Below are positions 13,104 to 23,045 of a stretch of 64,000 nt of DNA, piece by piece (positions within the stretch are counted from its first letter, which is position 1; each line of letters starts with the position of its first letter). Origin of the DNA: an uncultured Thermoleophilia bacterium (GTDB lineage: Bacteria > Actinomycetota > Thermoleophilia > Miltoncostaeales > Miltoncostaeaceae); the NCBI GenBank assembly GCA_963762825.1, contig CAVXLZ010000001.1, forward strand, positions 724,541 to 788,540, read 5' to 3'. The position numbers and the translations under genes were made by a program. The notes under the pieces were generated by a model, which was given only the letters and a program-made list of their open reading frames with translations, ran no database searches and was not told the DNA's origin.

Positions 13104-14201
13104 TCAGGAGCCCGGCGCGATTCCGGTTGCGTCGGGTCCGCCCATGCGCTTGAGCCACCTCGCGTGCGAGGCGATCGCGCTCCAGATGGTCCTGTGGCTC
13201 TGGTACCGGACGCCGTAAGCGTCGCAGGTCTCGCGCACCACCGAGGCCAGGCTCGGGTAGTGGACGTGGCAGACGCGCGAGAACAGATGATGCTCGATCT
13301 GGAAGTTCAGCCCGCCCAGGTACCAGGCCAGGAAGCGGTTGCGCGGCGCGAAGTTGACGGTCGTCTCCACCTGGTGGCGCGCCCACTCGGTGCGGCCGGC
13401 ATCGCCCATCGCCTCGACGCTCGAGAAGTCGGCCTCCTCGAGGCAGTGGGCGAGCTGGAATACGAGCGCGATGGTGAAGGCGAGCACGAAGGAGGTCGCG
13501 AGGAAGAGCACCGCGACCTGCCATGCCGGATGCAGCAACAGGGGAATACCGATCGACCAGGAGAGGAAGACCAGCTTGCCGGCGATCAGGCCAGCCAGCT
13601 CGCGTCCGCGCGGCCACCGCAGCGGCGTCATGCCCACCCGGCCCCCGATGAGCAACCCGAGATCTCCGATGGTGTGCCACTTCACTGAGAAGAGGCCGTA
13701 CAGCGGCCAGATGTAGACGTGCTGGTAGCGGTGGAACCAGCGGCGCCGCTGATCCGGTGCGAGGCGCGCCAATGGGAGCTGCTCGATGTCCGTGTCGGCA
13801 CCGGCGATGTTCGTGTAGGTGTGGTGGACGACGTTGTGCTTCACGCGCCACACGTAGGAGCTCGCCCCGATCACGTCCAGGGACCAGCGCATCGTGGTGT
13901 TGACGCGGCTGCTGGGGCTATAGGCGCCGTGGTTGGCGTCGTGGGTCACGCTGAACCCGATCCCCGCGAGGGCCAGGCCCAGCGAGACGCTGAGGATCGC
14001 CGCCTGCCACCAGGTGGCGGCGGCGAACACCAGGAGCGCCCACGAGAGGATTCCCCAGGCGAACATGGTTGCGGTCTTGGCGTACATCCGCCGGTAGGCG
14101 GAGCGTTCGCGACCCGGTTCGGCCAGGAAGGCCTTCACGCGCGCCTTGAGGTCGGCGTAGAACGCACCGCCGCCGTCGAAGTCGATTCTTCCAGCAGTCA
14201 T
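13104..14201 (-). CDS. Acyl-CoA/fatty acid desaturase
   Basis: His boxes HDANH, HNVVHH, QIEHHLF. Confidence 0.92.
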   Translation of the reverse strand: MTAGRIDFDGGGAFYADLKARVKAFLAEPGRERSAYRRMYAKTATMFAWGILSWALLVFAAATWWQAAILSVSLGLALAGIGFSVTHDANHGAYSPSSRVNTTMRWSLDVIGASSYVWRVKHNVVHHTYTNIAGADTDIEQLPLARLAPDQRRRWFHRYQHVYIWPLYGLFSVKWHTIGDLGLLIGGRVGMTPLRWPRGRELAGLIAGKLVFLSWSIGIPLLLHPAWQVAVLFLATSFVLAFTIALVFQLAHCLEEADFSSVEAMGDAGRTEWARHQVETTVNFAPRNRFLAWYLGGLNFQIEHHLFSRVCHVHYPSLASVVRETCDAYGVRYQSHRTIWSAIASHARWLKRMGGPDATGIAPGS

Positions 14202-14391
14202 CGCCGGTCCCGTCTCGTGGGGCGTTCGTCGGCGGGGCCGACACGCAAACTGAAGCTCGGACTCTCCGTTCGCGATCAGTCTACTCGGCCCTCCCCGCAC
14301 CCTGATCCTTCCGAGTGGGCTCCGGAGCGGTCGCGGCCGGGCGGGTTCCGTATCTGGTAGGCCCTCCGGGGGACAGGCTAGACTGGCCCGC

Positions 14392-15687
14392 ATGGATCGC
14401 GCGAGCGAGTTGGAGAGCCGGCTGACCGCCGAGGAACTGAGCGCCGAGATGCTCCGACGCGCCGACCTCTCCACGGTGCGCAAGGGCTACGACCCCTCCG
14501 AGGTCACCATTCTGCTGGGGTTGGCCGCCGATGCCCTGGATCACTCCCGAGTGGAGGCCATCGGCCTGCGCGACCGCCTCGCGAAGGTCGAGGCGAAGGC
14601 GGCCGGCCCGGATGAGATGGTCGAGCTGGAAGCGCTGCGGGCCCGGGCGCGCGAGGCGGACGACCGCCACGCGGCGCATGAGTCCGCCCTGGCCGAGCTC
14701 CAGTCCCTGAGGGCGCAGCTCGCGCAGGCCGAGCAGCGCCACTCCGCCCTCGAGGCGGAGGCGGCCGAGCTCCGCGAGCTGAAGGCGCGACTGCGCGAGG
14801 CCGACAAGCGCAACGCCGCCCAAGGGGCCGAGCTGGAGGAGATCCCCGCGCTGAAGGCCCGGCTCGACGAGGCCGATGCGCGGAACACCGCCCAGGAGGC
14901 CGAGCTCCAGGAGATGAGCGCGGCCGTCACCGCACTCAGCGAGGAGCGCGACGCGGCGATCGCCGAACGGGACGTGCTGCGCACGGCGCGCCCCTCCGAC
15001 GACGACCTCCTCGCGATGGTCGGAGACTCCGCCGGCGCCGTCCTGAAGGCCGCCCGCTCGTCGGCCGCACGGCTCGAGGGCGACACCGCGCTCAAGATCG
15101 AGGGCCTGCTCGCGACGGCAAAGGCCGATGCGGCGGCCATGATCACCGCCGCCGAGGAAGAGGCCCTCGAGGTGCGGCGTGCCTCGCAGGAGCGCGCCGA
15201 CGCGATCATCGGCGAGGCGCGCCAAGACGCCGAGGCGATGAAGCACGATGCCCAGGCGGCGGCGCGGCTCAGCCGCGAGGAGGCCGAGCATGAGACCGTG
15301 GAGCTGCGGCGCTCGGCCGACCAGTACTCGCTGGTCACCCGTCGCGAAGCCGACAACTATGCGGCGGACACCCGGGCCGGCGCCGATCGCGATGCGCGCC
15401 GGATGACCGCCGAGGCCGAGAAGACCGCCGCCGCGAAGGTCGCCGGCGCCGAGGCGCTGGTGGCGGAGACCCGCGAGGCGACCGATGCGCGCCTGCGCGA
15501 TCTCATGGAGGAGATGTCTACCCTCCGCGAGACCGAGCTCGCAGCGATCCAGCACATGCGCGAGGTCCGCGACGCGCTGACCCAGCATCTGTTCGCCACC
15601 CAGAACGGCCTCGAGGACGTGCTCACCCGGGTGGCGAGCGACGATACCCGCACGCTGGTCTCCGGAGAGGTGGTCGAGGGCACCTAG
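14392..15687 (+). CDS. DivIVA-domain coiled-coil protein
   Basis: LSTVRKGYDPSEVTILL DivIVA motif, then a long coiled coil with ~24-aa internal repeats. Confidence 0.8.
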   Translation: MDRASELESRLTAEELSAEMLRRADLSTVRKGYDPSEVTILLGLAADALDHSRVEAIGLRDRLAKVEAKAAGPDEMVELEALRARAREADDRHAAHESALAELQSLRAQLAQAEQRHSALEAEAAELRELKARLREADKRNAAQGAELEEIPALKARLDEADARNTAQEAELQEMSAAVTALSEERDAAIAERDVLRTARPSDDDLLAMVGDSAGAVLKAARSSAARLEGDTALKIEGLLATAKADAAAMITAAEEEALEVRRASQERADAIIGEARQDAEAMKHDAQAAARLSREEAEHETVELRRSADQYSLVTRREADNYAADTRAGADRDARRMTAEAEKTAAAKVAGAEALVAETREATDARLRDLMEEMSTLRETELAAIQHMREVRDALTQHLFATQNGLEDVLTRVASDDTRTLVSGEVVEGT

Positions 15688-15784
15688 TGTCGGCTCCCCG
15701 CTGCATGCGAGCGTCTGACCCGGAGCACTAGGCTCGAACGCTCGGCTCGTCCGACCGGGATAATCCCGACCTCTGGAGTACCAC

Positions 15785-17035
15785 GTGCAGGAAGCGGTCG
15801 CCGCGGGTCTGTTCGCCATCGTGCTGGGGCTCGTCGTGGTCGAGCGCATCCACCGCACGAAGGTGGCGCTGGCCGGTGCGGCCGTGGCGGTGCTCGCCGG
15901 CCTGCTCTCCCAGGAGGAGGCGATCGAGGCCATCGACTGGGGCGTTCTCGGTCTGCTCGCGGGGATGATGGTCCTGGTGTGGGGCACGGAGCGCACGGGG
16001 GTCTTCACCTATCTCGCGATCCGCGTCGGCCAAGCCTCGCGAGGGCATCCGGCGCGGCTGCTGTTCGGGCTGACCGGGACCACCGCCGTGGCCTCCGCCT
16101 TCCTGGACAACGTCACGACGATCCTGCTGGTGGTGCCGATCACCTTCGTGATCGCCGATGCCCTCGACCTCGACCTCATCCCGATCGTCATCGCCGAGGT
16201 GATCGCGAGCAACATCGGCGGCGCGGCGACGCTGATCGGCGATCCCCCGAACATCATCATCGCCGGCGAGAGCGGCCTCGGCTTCATCGACTTCATCGTC
16301 CACGTGGGCCCCCCCGCCGTGATCTCGTTCTTCGTCGTCACCGCCGGGCTCTTCCTTCTCTACCGGAAGCGGCTCACGCCCTCACCCGACCGCGTCGAGG
16401 AGCTGCGCTTCCTGGACGCCTCGGCGAGTCTGGGTCCGCGACGCGACGTGACGGTCGTGCTCGCGTGCCTCGGCCTCACGATCGCGGGCTTCTTCGCGCA
16501 CAGCGCACTCGGACTCGAACCCGCGACGGTCGCACTCTCCGGCGCGGCGCTCTACCTGCTGATCAGTCAGGTGGACATCGAGGTTCCGCTGATGGCGATC
16601 GAGTGGACCACTCTCTTCTTCTTCGTCGGCCTGTTCGTCGTCGTCGGCGGCCTCGAGGTGACGGGCGTCCTCGCCCGGGTGACCGACTGGCTCGCCGACG
16701 CGACCGACGGGTCCGCCACGCTGCAGGCGCTGGGAATCCTGTGGGCGTCGGCCATCGCCAGCGGGGTCGTCGACAACATCCCGTTCACGGCGGCGATGGC
16801 GCCCGTGGTGTCCGATCTCGACGGCGGCGACGTGAACTGGTGGGCCCTGTCCCTCGGGGCCTGCTACGGCGGCAACCTGACGCTGGTCGCCGCGAGCGCC
16901 AACCTCGTCGCTGCCGGAGCGCTCCGGCGCGGCGGCCGCGAGCTGTCGTTCCTGCGCTTCCTGCGTGTGGGCGTACCCGCGACCATCGCGTCGATGCTGG
17001 TCGCGACCCTGTGGATACTCATGGTGGAGGTCTAG
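15785..17035 (+). CDS. ArsB/NhaD/SLC13-family ion transporter
   Basis: SAFLDNVTT, SNIGGAATLIGDPPNIII, DNIPF, GGNLTLVAASAN. Confidence 0.9.
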   Translation: MQEAVAAGLFAIVLGLVVVERIHRTKVALAGAAVAVLAGLLSQEEAIEAIDWGVLGLLAGMMVLVWGTERTGVFTYLAIRVGQASRGHPARLLFGLTGTTAVASAFLDNVTTILLVVPITFVIADALDLDLIPIVIAEVIASNIGGAATLIGDPPNIIIAGESGLGFIDFIVHVGPPAVISFFVVTAGLFLLYRKRLTPSPDRVEELRFLDASASLGPRRDVTVVLACLGLTIAGFFAHSALGLEPATVALSGAALYLLISQVDIEVPLMAIEWTTLFFFVGLFVVVGGLEVTGVLARVTDWLADATDGSATLQALGILWASAIASGVVDNIPFTAAMAPVVSDLDGGDVNWWALSLGACYGGNLTLVAASANLVAAGALRRGGRELSFLRFLRVGVPATIASMLVATLWILMVEV

Positions 17036-17084
17036 TGTCCCGAGTCAGAGACCACGTGTCAGTTCCCGACCGAGCGCACCGGCT

Positions 17085-17594
17085 TTGAGCGACTCCCCCG
17101 ACCACCTCTCACGTCGTCCCCTCGCGGATCTGGTGCGCAGGGTGGAGCCTCTTCGCGAGACCGACGACCTCGTGAACGCGGCCGACCGGCTCGCCGACGC
17201 CGGCGGGGGCCTCCCGGTCGTCGGCCCGACCGGCGCCCTGGTGGGGTACCTCGCCGAGCGCGACCTCCTCGAGGCGCTCTTTCCCGCGTATCTCACGCAG
17301 TTCCGCAACACCGGGTTCCTCACTCGCGACTTCCCCTCGCTGGTGCGCAAGGCACGCGAAGCGGCCTCGACCACGGTGGCCGATCACATGTCCACGGATC
17401 CGGTCTCGGTGCACATCGACGACTCCGAGTCGCACGCCGCCGAGCTGTTCCTCCGTCACGGGCTGCGAAGTCTTCCCGTGGTCAGCGCCGGCGACCGGGT
17501 CAGTGGAGTCGTGCGGCTCGCCGACATGGTCCAGAGCCTCTTCCGCGCCTGCGGAGCCCTCCCGTCCGAGGCGCGCCGCAGCCCGGAGGCGTGA
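17085..17594 (+). CDS. CBS-domain pair protein
   Basis: GLPVV...LVGYLAERDLL and LRSLPVV...GVVRLAD; TTG start inferred. Confidence 0.8.
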   Translation: MSDSPDHLSRRPLADLVRRVEPLRETDDLVNAADRLADAGGGLPVVGPTGALVGYLAERDLLEALFPAYLTQFRNTGFLTRDFPSLVRKAREAASTTVADHMSTDPVSVHIDDSESHAAELFLRHGLRSLPVVSAGDRVSGVVRLADMVQSLFRACGALPSEARRSPEA

Positions 17595-17734
17595 GGCCGC
17601 GCGGCAGGGCCCGCTCTCTGCTCACTGCGGAGGCGGAGGATGCCGATCTCTGGGGAGTGGGCCCACCGCGAGAGCCCGAACGTCCTGTGGGGCCATCGCC
17701 CGCGGGCGCCGCCGTCCCTTGGCGCCCGCCGCGG

Positions 17735-18085
17735 CTGACCGCCGCGGTGTACACGGATCTCGCCGTGTGGATGATCCGCCTCGGGTTCGCCACAGGAGCC
17801 CTCTTCCCACTGCTTGCGCTGTTGCTCGGGGTCCGGTGAGCCAGGCGCTCAGCGTCTCGTTCTTCGCTGCGACCCTCGCGGCGGGGGTGTTGGTCGGCGG
17901 AGTGAACTTCCTGCTCGCGCGCGGCGTCGTGGGAGAGCGGCTTCGCGTGCTTGCGCGCCACATGGGCCTCGTGAGGGAAATGGTCGGTACGGCGACGTGT
18001 TCCGGCGACTGGTCGGCGTGCGACGCCGAGGCATGCGCCATTCCGATCGGCTCCAACGACGAGATCGGCGAGAGCGCCCGCGGTG
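17735..18085 (+). pseudogene. Remnant of the N-terminal membrane/HAMP sensor region of a signalling protein (diguanylate-cyclase-like)
   Basis: Two TM helices split by a frameshift/stop at ~17839, then GDWSACDAEACAIPIGSNDEIGE (HAMP-like), then loss of coding character. Confidence 0.5.
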
Positions 18086-18283
18086 CGGGACCTCCTCGAG
18101 GTGCTGTCCTCGCACATCGAGCTCGAGGCTTTCAGCAGCTCGGCGCTCTCCGGTCGCTGCGCCACATCGGCGGCGCGAAGGCGGCCGGCCGGGATGCGGT
18201 CGCGCCCGCTGGGGCCGTGCCGGCGCCGCTGGCGCGGCACGTGAGCCTATGATGAAGGGAGACCGCGAGTAGGAGGGCGCCAG

Positions 18284-19111
18284 ATGCCGAACCGCCAGTT
18301 CACGCGCGTCGTGTGCGGCATCGATGGCACGCGCGAGGGGTTCGAGGCCGCGCGGCAGGCGGCACGGATCACCTCGCCGGACGGGCGCTTGGTGCTGGTC
18401 GCGGTGACCGACTATCTGCGTGCGATCTCCGGTCGGTGGGGCCCCGAGCTGGTCCCCTGGGACCTGGTCGAGATGCCGGGGAGGAACCTCGACGCGCTGA
18501 ATGCCGCCCTGCGAGCACGCGCCGAGGAATCGCTGGCGTGGGCCGAGCGTCAGGTGGGTGACGCTCTTCGAGTGCAGACACTGGTCGTCAGCGCCCGCGT
18601 GCCCGAGGCGCTCCGCGACGCGGCAGAACGGGAGGACGCTCAGTTGATCGCGGTCGGAGCCCACGGTGGCCGCCGGGTCGTGGGCGCGGCCCTGGGCCGC
18701 GTGGCCACGATGCTCCTCCACGACTCCCCGGCCTCCGTCCTGCTGGCCCGCAGGCCGTTCGATCCCTGTCGCTTTCCCGCGAGGGTCGTGGTGGGCTTCG
18801 ACGGCTCCGACGCCGGTCTGCGCGCCCGCGATGTCGCCGTGAGCCTCTGCGAGGTGTCGGGAGGCAGCCTCACCCTGGTCGTCGCAGCCCACGATGAGCA
18901 GATCGAGGCAGCCGCGCTCGCAGCCGAGGCCGCCCCCCACGCGGTGAGGGTGGACCAGCGACGCCCGGTCGAGGCGCTCGTCGAGGCCGCCGCCGCGGCC
19001 GACCTCCTCGTCGTCGGCTCGCGCGGGATGAGCGGCCTTCGCGCGCTCGGCAGCGTGAGCGAGCGGGTCGCCCACCTCTGCGCGTCGTCAGTGCTCGTCG
19101 TTCGCTCCTGA
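18284..19111 (+). CDS. Tandem universal stress protein
   Basis: Two USP domains: VVCGIDGT...IAVGAHG and VVVGFDGS...VVGSRG...GSVSERV. Confidence 0.92.
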   Translation: MPNRQFTRVVCGIDGTREGFEAARQAARITSPDGRLVLVAVTDYLRAISGRWGPELVPWDLVEMPGRNLDALNAALRARAEESLAWAERQVGDALRVQTLVVSARVPEALRDAAEREDAQLIAVGAHGGRRVVGAALGRVATMLLHDSPASVLLARRPFDPCRFPARVVVGFDGSDAGLRARDVAVSLCEVSGGSLTLVVAAHDEQIEAAALAAEAAPHAVRVDQRRPVEALVEAAAAADLLVVGSRGMSGLRALGSVSERVAHLCASSVLVVRS

Positions 19112-19119
19112 CGCGACCG

Positions 19120-21867
19120 ATGACCGCGCCGGCGACCACCCACCGGCATCCGCGAGGCGTGCAGGAGCTCCATCACCTACCGGTCCACGAGGTCGTGTTG
19201 CTCCTCGAGTCGGATCCCGAGTACGGACTCGAGGACGCGGAGGTCGCGCCGAGGCAGGACCGCTTCGGCCCCAACGTCCTCCCGCGCGGGCGACGCCCCG
19301 GTCCGCTTGCGCGCCTCGCTCTGCAGTTCCGCAACCCGCTCATCTACATCCTCGTCGCGGCTGGAACGGTCACGGCACTGATCGGCGGACGTGTCAACGC
19401 GAGCGTCATATTCGGCGTCGTCATCATCAACGCCGCGATCGGATTCATCCAGGAGTCGCGCGCCGAGCAGGCGCTGGAGTCCCTGGTGCGGATGGCCCGC
19501 ACCAGGGCGACGGTGGTGCGGAGCGGCCGGCGGCTCTCCGTCGATTCACGGGAGCTGGTTCCCGGAGATCTCGTGCTGCTCGAATCGGGCGACAGGGTTC
19601 CCGCCGACCTGCGCCTGGTCTCGGCGCGCGAGCTGCGCGCGGACGAGTCGGCACTCACCGGCGAGTCGTTGCCGGTGAGCAAGTCGGATCGGACCATGCC
19701 GCACGAGACGGTCGTGGCCGATCGCGAGAACCTCGCCTTCTCCGGCACCCTCGTGAGCGGCGGCAGGGGGGCGGGCATCGTCATGAGCACGGCGGGCGAC
19801 ACGGAGCTCGGCCGCATCCATCGCCTGGTGGGCGAGGCCCATGCCCTGGAGACGCCCCTCACGCGACAGATCGCGGGCTTCAGCAGGATCATCAGCGTTG
19901 TCATCGCGATCCTCGCGGCCTTCACGTTCGCCGTCGGAGTTGCCCGTGGAGAGCCGGCGTCCGAGATGTTCGTGGCCGCCGTCGCCCTGGCGGTCGGGGC
20001 GATTCCCGAGGGCCTCCCGGCGGCGGTGACGATCACCCTCGCCATCGGGGTGAGCCGCATGGCCCGGCGCCGCGCGATCGTGCGCAAGCTGCCGGCGGTC
20101 GAGACGCTCGGGAGCACGACCGTCATCTGCAGCGACAAGACAGGGACCCTGACCGAGAACCAGATGACCGTCCAGGCGGTCGTGGCAGGCGGCCGGCGCT
20201 TCTCGGTGGAGGGTGCCGGATACGCTCCGCGGGGGGCGATCCGTCACGCGGGCGCGGCCGTGGAGGCGGGGGCGTGGCCCGTGCTGATCGAGTGTCTGAC
20301 CGCCGGCGCTCTCTGCAACGATGCCCGTCTGCGCGAGCGCGAGGGCCGGCACGAGGCGACCGGCGACCCGACCGAAGCCGCGCTCCTGGTGGCCGCCCGC
20401 AAGGGCGGGCTCGACCCGGCGCTTCTCGCCTCGCGGCGGCCCCGCATCGACGCGATCCCCTTCGAGTCGGAGCATCAGTACATGGCCACGCTTCATTCGG
20501 GCCTACCGGGGAAGGCCCCGGTCGTCTACCTGAAGGGCGCCCCCGAGCGGGTGCTCTCCCGGTGCGGCGGGGCCCTCGGGCCCGACGGCGAGGAGGTTGC
20601 ACTCGACCCGGCCGCGGCGCTCGCCGAGGCGGAGCAGCTGGCGGGCGAGGGCCTGCGGGTGCTCGCCGTTGCTCGCGTGCAGGCTCCGCACGAGACGAAG
20701 GTGCTCGAACGTGCCCTCGTGGAGGAGAACCTCACTCTCCTCGGCTTCGCGGCGATGCTCGACCCGCCTCGACCCGAGGCCGCAGAGGCGGTTGCCGCGT
20801 GCCGGGCCGCGGGGATAGCGGTGAAGATGATCACCGGGGATCACGTGGAGACCGCCCGGGCGATCGCCGGGCACCTGCGGATAGCGGGAGTCGAGGACGA
20901 GAGCGCGGAGCCCGAGGTTCTGAGCGGCGCGCAGCTCGCGGAGCTGTCCGGGCGGGAGCTCGAGGCGGCGGCCGAGAGGGCGAGTGTGTTCGCCCGCGTG
21001 GCACCCGAGCAGAAGCTGCGCCTCGTCGAGGCCTTCCAGGCGCGCGGGCACGTGGTGGCGATGACCGGCGACGGAGTCAACGACGCCCCCGCGCTCAAGC
21101 GGGCCGACATCGGCGTGGCGATGGGCGTGGCCGGCACCGAAGTTGCCAAGGAGGCGGCGGACGTGGTGCTCACCGACGACGACTTCGCCTCGATCGCGGC
21201 CGCGGTCGAGGAGGGGCGGCGAGTATTCGACAACCTGACCAAGTTCATCGTCTGGACCCTTCCCACGAACATGGGTGAGGGCCTCCTGATCTTGGCAGCG
21301 ATCACCGCGGGCGCCACCCTTCCGATCCTGCCGGTGCAGATCCTCTGGATCAACATGACCACGGCCGTCGCCCTGGGCCTGATGCTGGCCTTCGAGCCGA
21401 AGGAACCGGGCATCATGGCGCGCCCGCCGCGCGAGCCGGCCCGCCCGATTCTCAGCGGCGAGCTGGTCGGGCGGATCCTTCTGGTGTCCGGCCTCCTGAT
21501 GGCAGGCTCGTTCCTGCTCTTCCACTGGGAGCAGTCGGGCGGCGCGTCGCTTGCCGAGGCCCGCACCGCAGCCATGAACGTCTTCGTGGTGGGCGAGCTC
21601 TTCTATCTCTTCAACTGCCGCTCCCTCGATCGGTCGGTGCTGAGTGTGGGCATGCTCAGCAACCCCTGGGTGACCGGGGGCGTCCTCACGACGGTCGGCC
21701 TCCAGATCCTGATCACGTACGCACCCTTCATGCAGACCCTGTTCCACACCGCGCCTCTGGACGTCGAGACGTGGATCACGATCGTCGCGATCGGCCTCTG
21801 CGTCTACGCGGCGGTGGGCGTGGAGAAGTGGTTCAAGCACCGCCTGTGGGCGCCACGACGGGGCTGA
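19120..21867 (+). CDS. P-type cation-transporting ATPase (type II, CtpF-like)
   Basis: TGES, IPEGLP, DKTGTLT, KGAPE, TGDGVNDAPAL. Confidence 0.95.
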   Translation: MTAPATTHRHPRGVQELHHLPVHEVVLLLESDPEYGLEDAEVAPRQDRFGPNVLPRGRRPGPLARLALQFRNPLIYILVAAGTVTALIGGRVNASVIFGVVIINAAIGFIQESRAEQALESLVRMARTRATVVRSGRRLSVDSRELVPGDLVLLESGDRVPADLRLVSARELRADESALTGESLPVSKSDRTMPHETVVADRENLAFSGTLVSGGRGAGIVMSTAGDTELGRIHRLVGEAHALETPLTRQIAGFSRIISVVIAILAAFTFAVGVARGEPASEMFVAAVALAVGAIPEGLPAAVTITLAIGVSRMARRRAIVRKLPAVETLGSTTVICSDKTGTLTENQMTVQAVVAGGRRFSVEGAGYAPRGAIRHAGAAVEAGAWPVLIECLTAGALCNDARLREREGRHEATGDPTEAALLVAARKGGLDPALLASRRPRIDAIPFESEHQYMATLHSGLPGKAPVVYLKGAPERVLSRCGGALGPDGEEVALDPAAALAEAEQLAGEGLRVLAVARVQAPHETKVLERALVEENLTLLGFAAMLDPPRPEAAEAVAACRAAGIAVKMITGDHVETARAIAGHLRIAGVEDESAEPEVLSGAQLAELSGRELEAAAERASVFARVAPEQKLRLVEAFQARGHVVAMTGDGVNDAPALKRADIGVAMGVAGTEVAKEAADVVLTDDDFASIAAAVEEGRRVFDNLTKFIVWTLPTNMGEGLLILAAITAGATLPILPVQILWINMTTAVALGLMLAFEPKEPGIMARPPREPARPILSGELVGRILLVSGLLMAGSFLLFHWEQSGGASLAEARTAAMNVFVVGELFYLFNCRSLDRSVLSVGMLSNPWVTGGVLTTVGLQILITYAPFMQTLFHTAPLDVETWITIVAIGLCVYAAVGVEKWFKHRLWAPRRG

Positions 21868-21902
21868 CGAGGCCATCCCGGCGCGGCCCGTCTCGGCGAC
21901 GG

Positions 21903-22490
21903 TCAACCCGACGGCTCGCGCGGGGGTGACGCAGGCGGTTCCGCGAGCCCTCGGACGGAGGCGACGCGCCGGACGAGCAGCGCCACGCCGAGCCCCACCG
22001 CTGCGCCGAGGGCCGCGCCGGCAAGCACATCCGACCAGAAGTGCACGCCGAGGTAGACGCGTGAGAAAGCGATGGCGCCCGCCAGGCCGAAGGCCCCCAG
22101 GCGTAGGCGGGGGTGGAAGGCGGCCAGCGCGGCGGCCCCCGCGAACGCCATTGCGGCGTGGCCGGAGGGAAACGACGCGGTTGCCGGGATGTCCACCAGG
22201 GCGGCGATGTCGGTGGTGGCGACCGGGGGCCGGTCGCGGTCGAAGACGCGCTTCAGGAGGTCCGTGATCGGCGCCGCGGCCACCGTGGCGAGGAGGACCG
22301 ATACGGCGGCGGTGGGGATGCGCCGCGGTGGCGGCAGTCGCAGATCTGCGACACCCGCCACCGCGGTGAAGACGAGACCCTTGACCCACCAGGCCGACAG
22401 GAGGACGAAGATCCACGACACGGGTGACCAGCGAAGAGCCTGGACGGCCCGGACCCCGAGCTCGTCGGCGGCCTGCAGCAGCTCCAACAC
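21903..22490 (-). CDS. PAP2-family phosphatase
   Basis: K...RDRP, SFPSGH, SRVYLGVHFWSDV. Confidence 0.9.
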   Translation of the reverse strand: MLELLQAADELGVRAVQALRWSPVSWIFVLLSAWWVKGLVFTAVAGVADLRLPPPRRIPTAAVSVLLATVAAAPITDLLKRVFDRDRPPVATTDIAALVDIPATASFPSGHAAMAFAGAAALAAFHPRLRLGAFGLAGAIAFSRVYLGVHFWSDVLAGAALGAAVGLGVALLVRRVASVRGLAEPPASPPREPSG

Positions 22491-22580
22491 CGGCCGACGG
22501 TAGCAACACGAGACGCGGGGGATGAACGCCGGCCACGGGGGCGCCGGGCGATGCGCGCGGCCCTGAGCGGTGCATCAGGA

Positions 22581-22623
22581 CTCGCCCCGGGGACGGTGGG
22601 GCCGGTGGGGAATGCGATCGGCC
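22581..22623. repeat. 43-bp direct repeat, copy 1
   Basis: ctcgccccggggacggTGgggccggtggggaatgcgatcggcc; 41/43 identical to 25029-25071. Confidence 0.9.
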
Positions 22624-23045
22624 AGCCGCCGCCGACATCGTCAAGACCCCCTGTCTTTCCGACCTGCTCGCGCTGCCCAACGCAGCCTTGGTGGGCCCTC
22701 GTGTGGGAACGGGGCTGATGTCGTTTAGCGCCGTGGCCCCAGGATCGGCGCCCGAGCTGGACACCGTGGTCCGTCTCGCCGGCATGGAGGGGTATCAAAC
22801 CCCCGCCATCGCGGAACCGGTGAGCCCTTCCTCGACGGGCTCGCCGCTGTAAGGGTCGATGACGGCCCCGCGAAGAGGCGTCTGTGGATGTCGATCGCGA
22901 CGCGGAGCGGATAACCGAGCGCCGCGATCATCGCGACGGGGCCGTGGTCTCAGAAGGACCGGATTCTCATGACATCCGGTAGCCGGGTCGCGATCGCAGC
23001 CGCCGCATTGCTTGGGCTGGTTGATCGCGAGGCCGATAGGCAGAT

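Noticed and set aside
22630-23040. Short ORFs in the gap before the kinase (e.g. minus-strand IDIHRRLFAG, vaguely Fic-like)
   Set aside because: Too short, no catalytic motif, no supportable assignment
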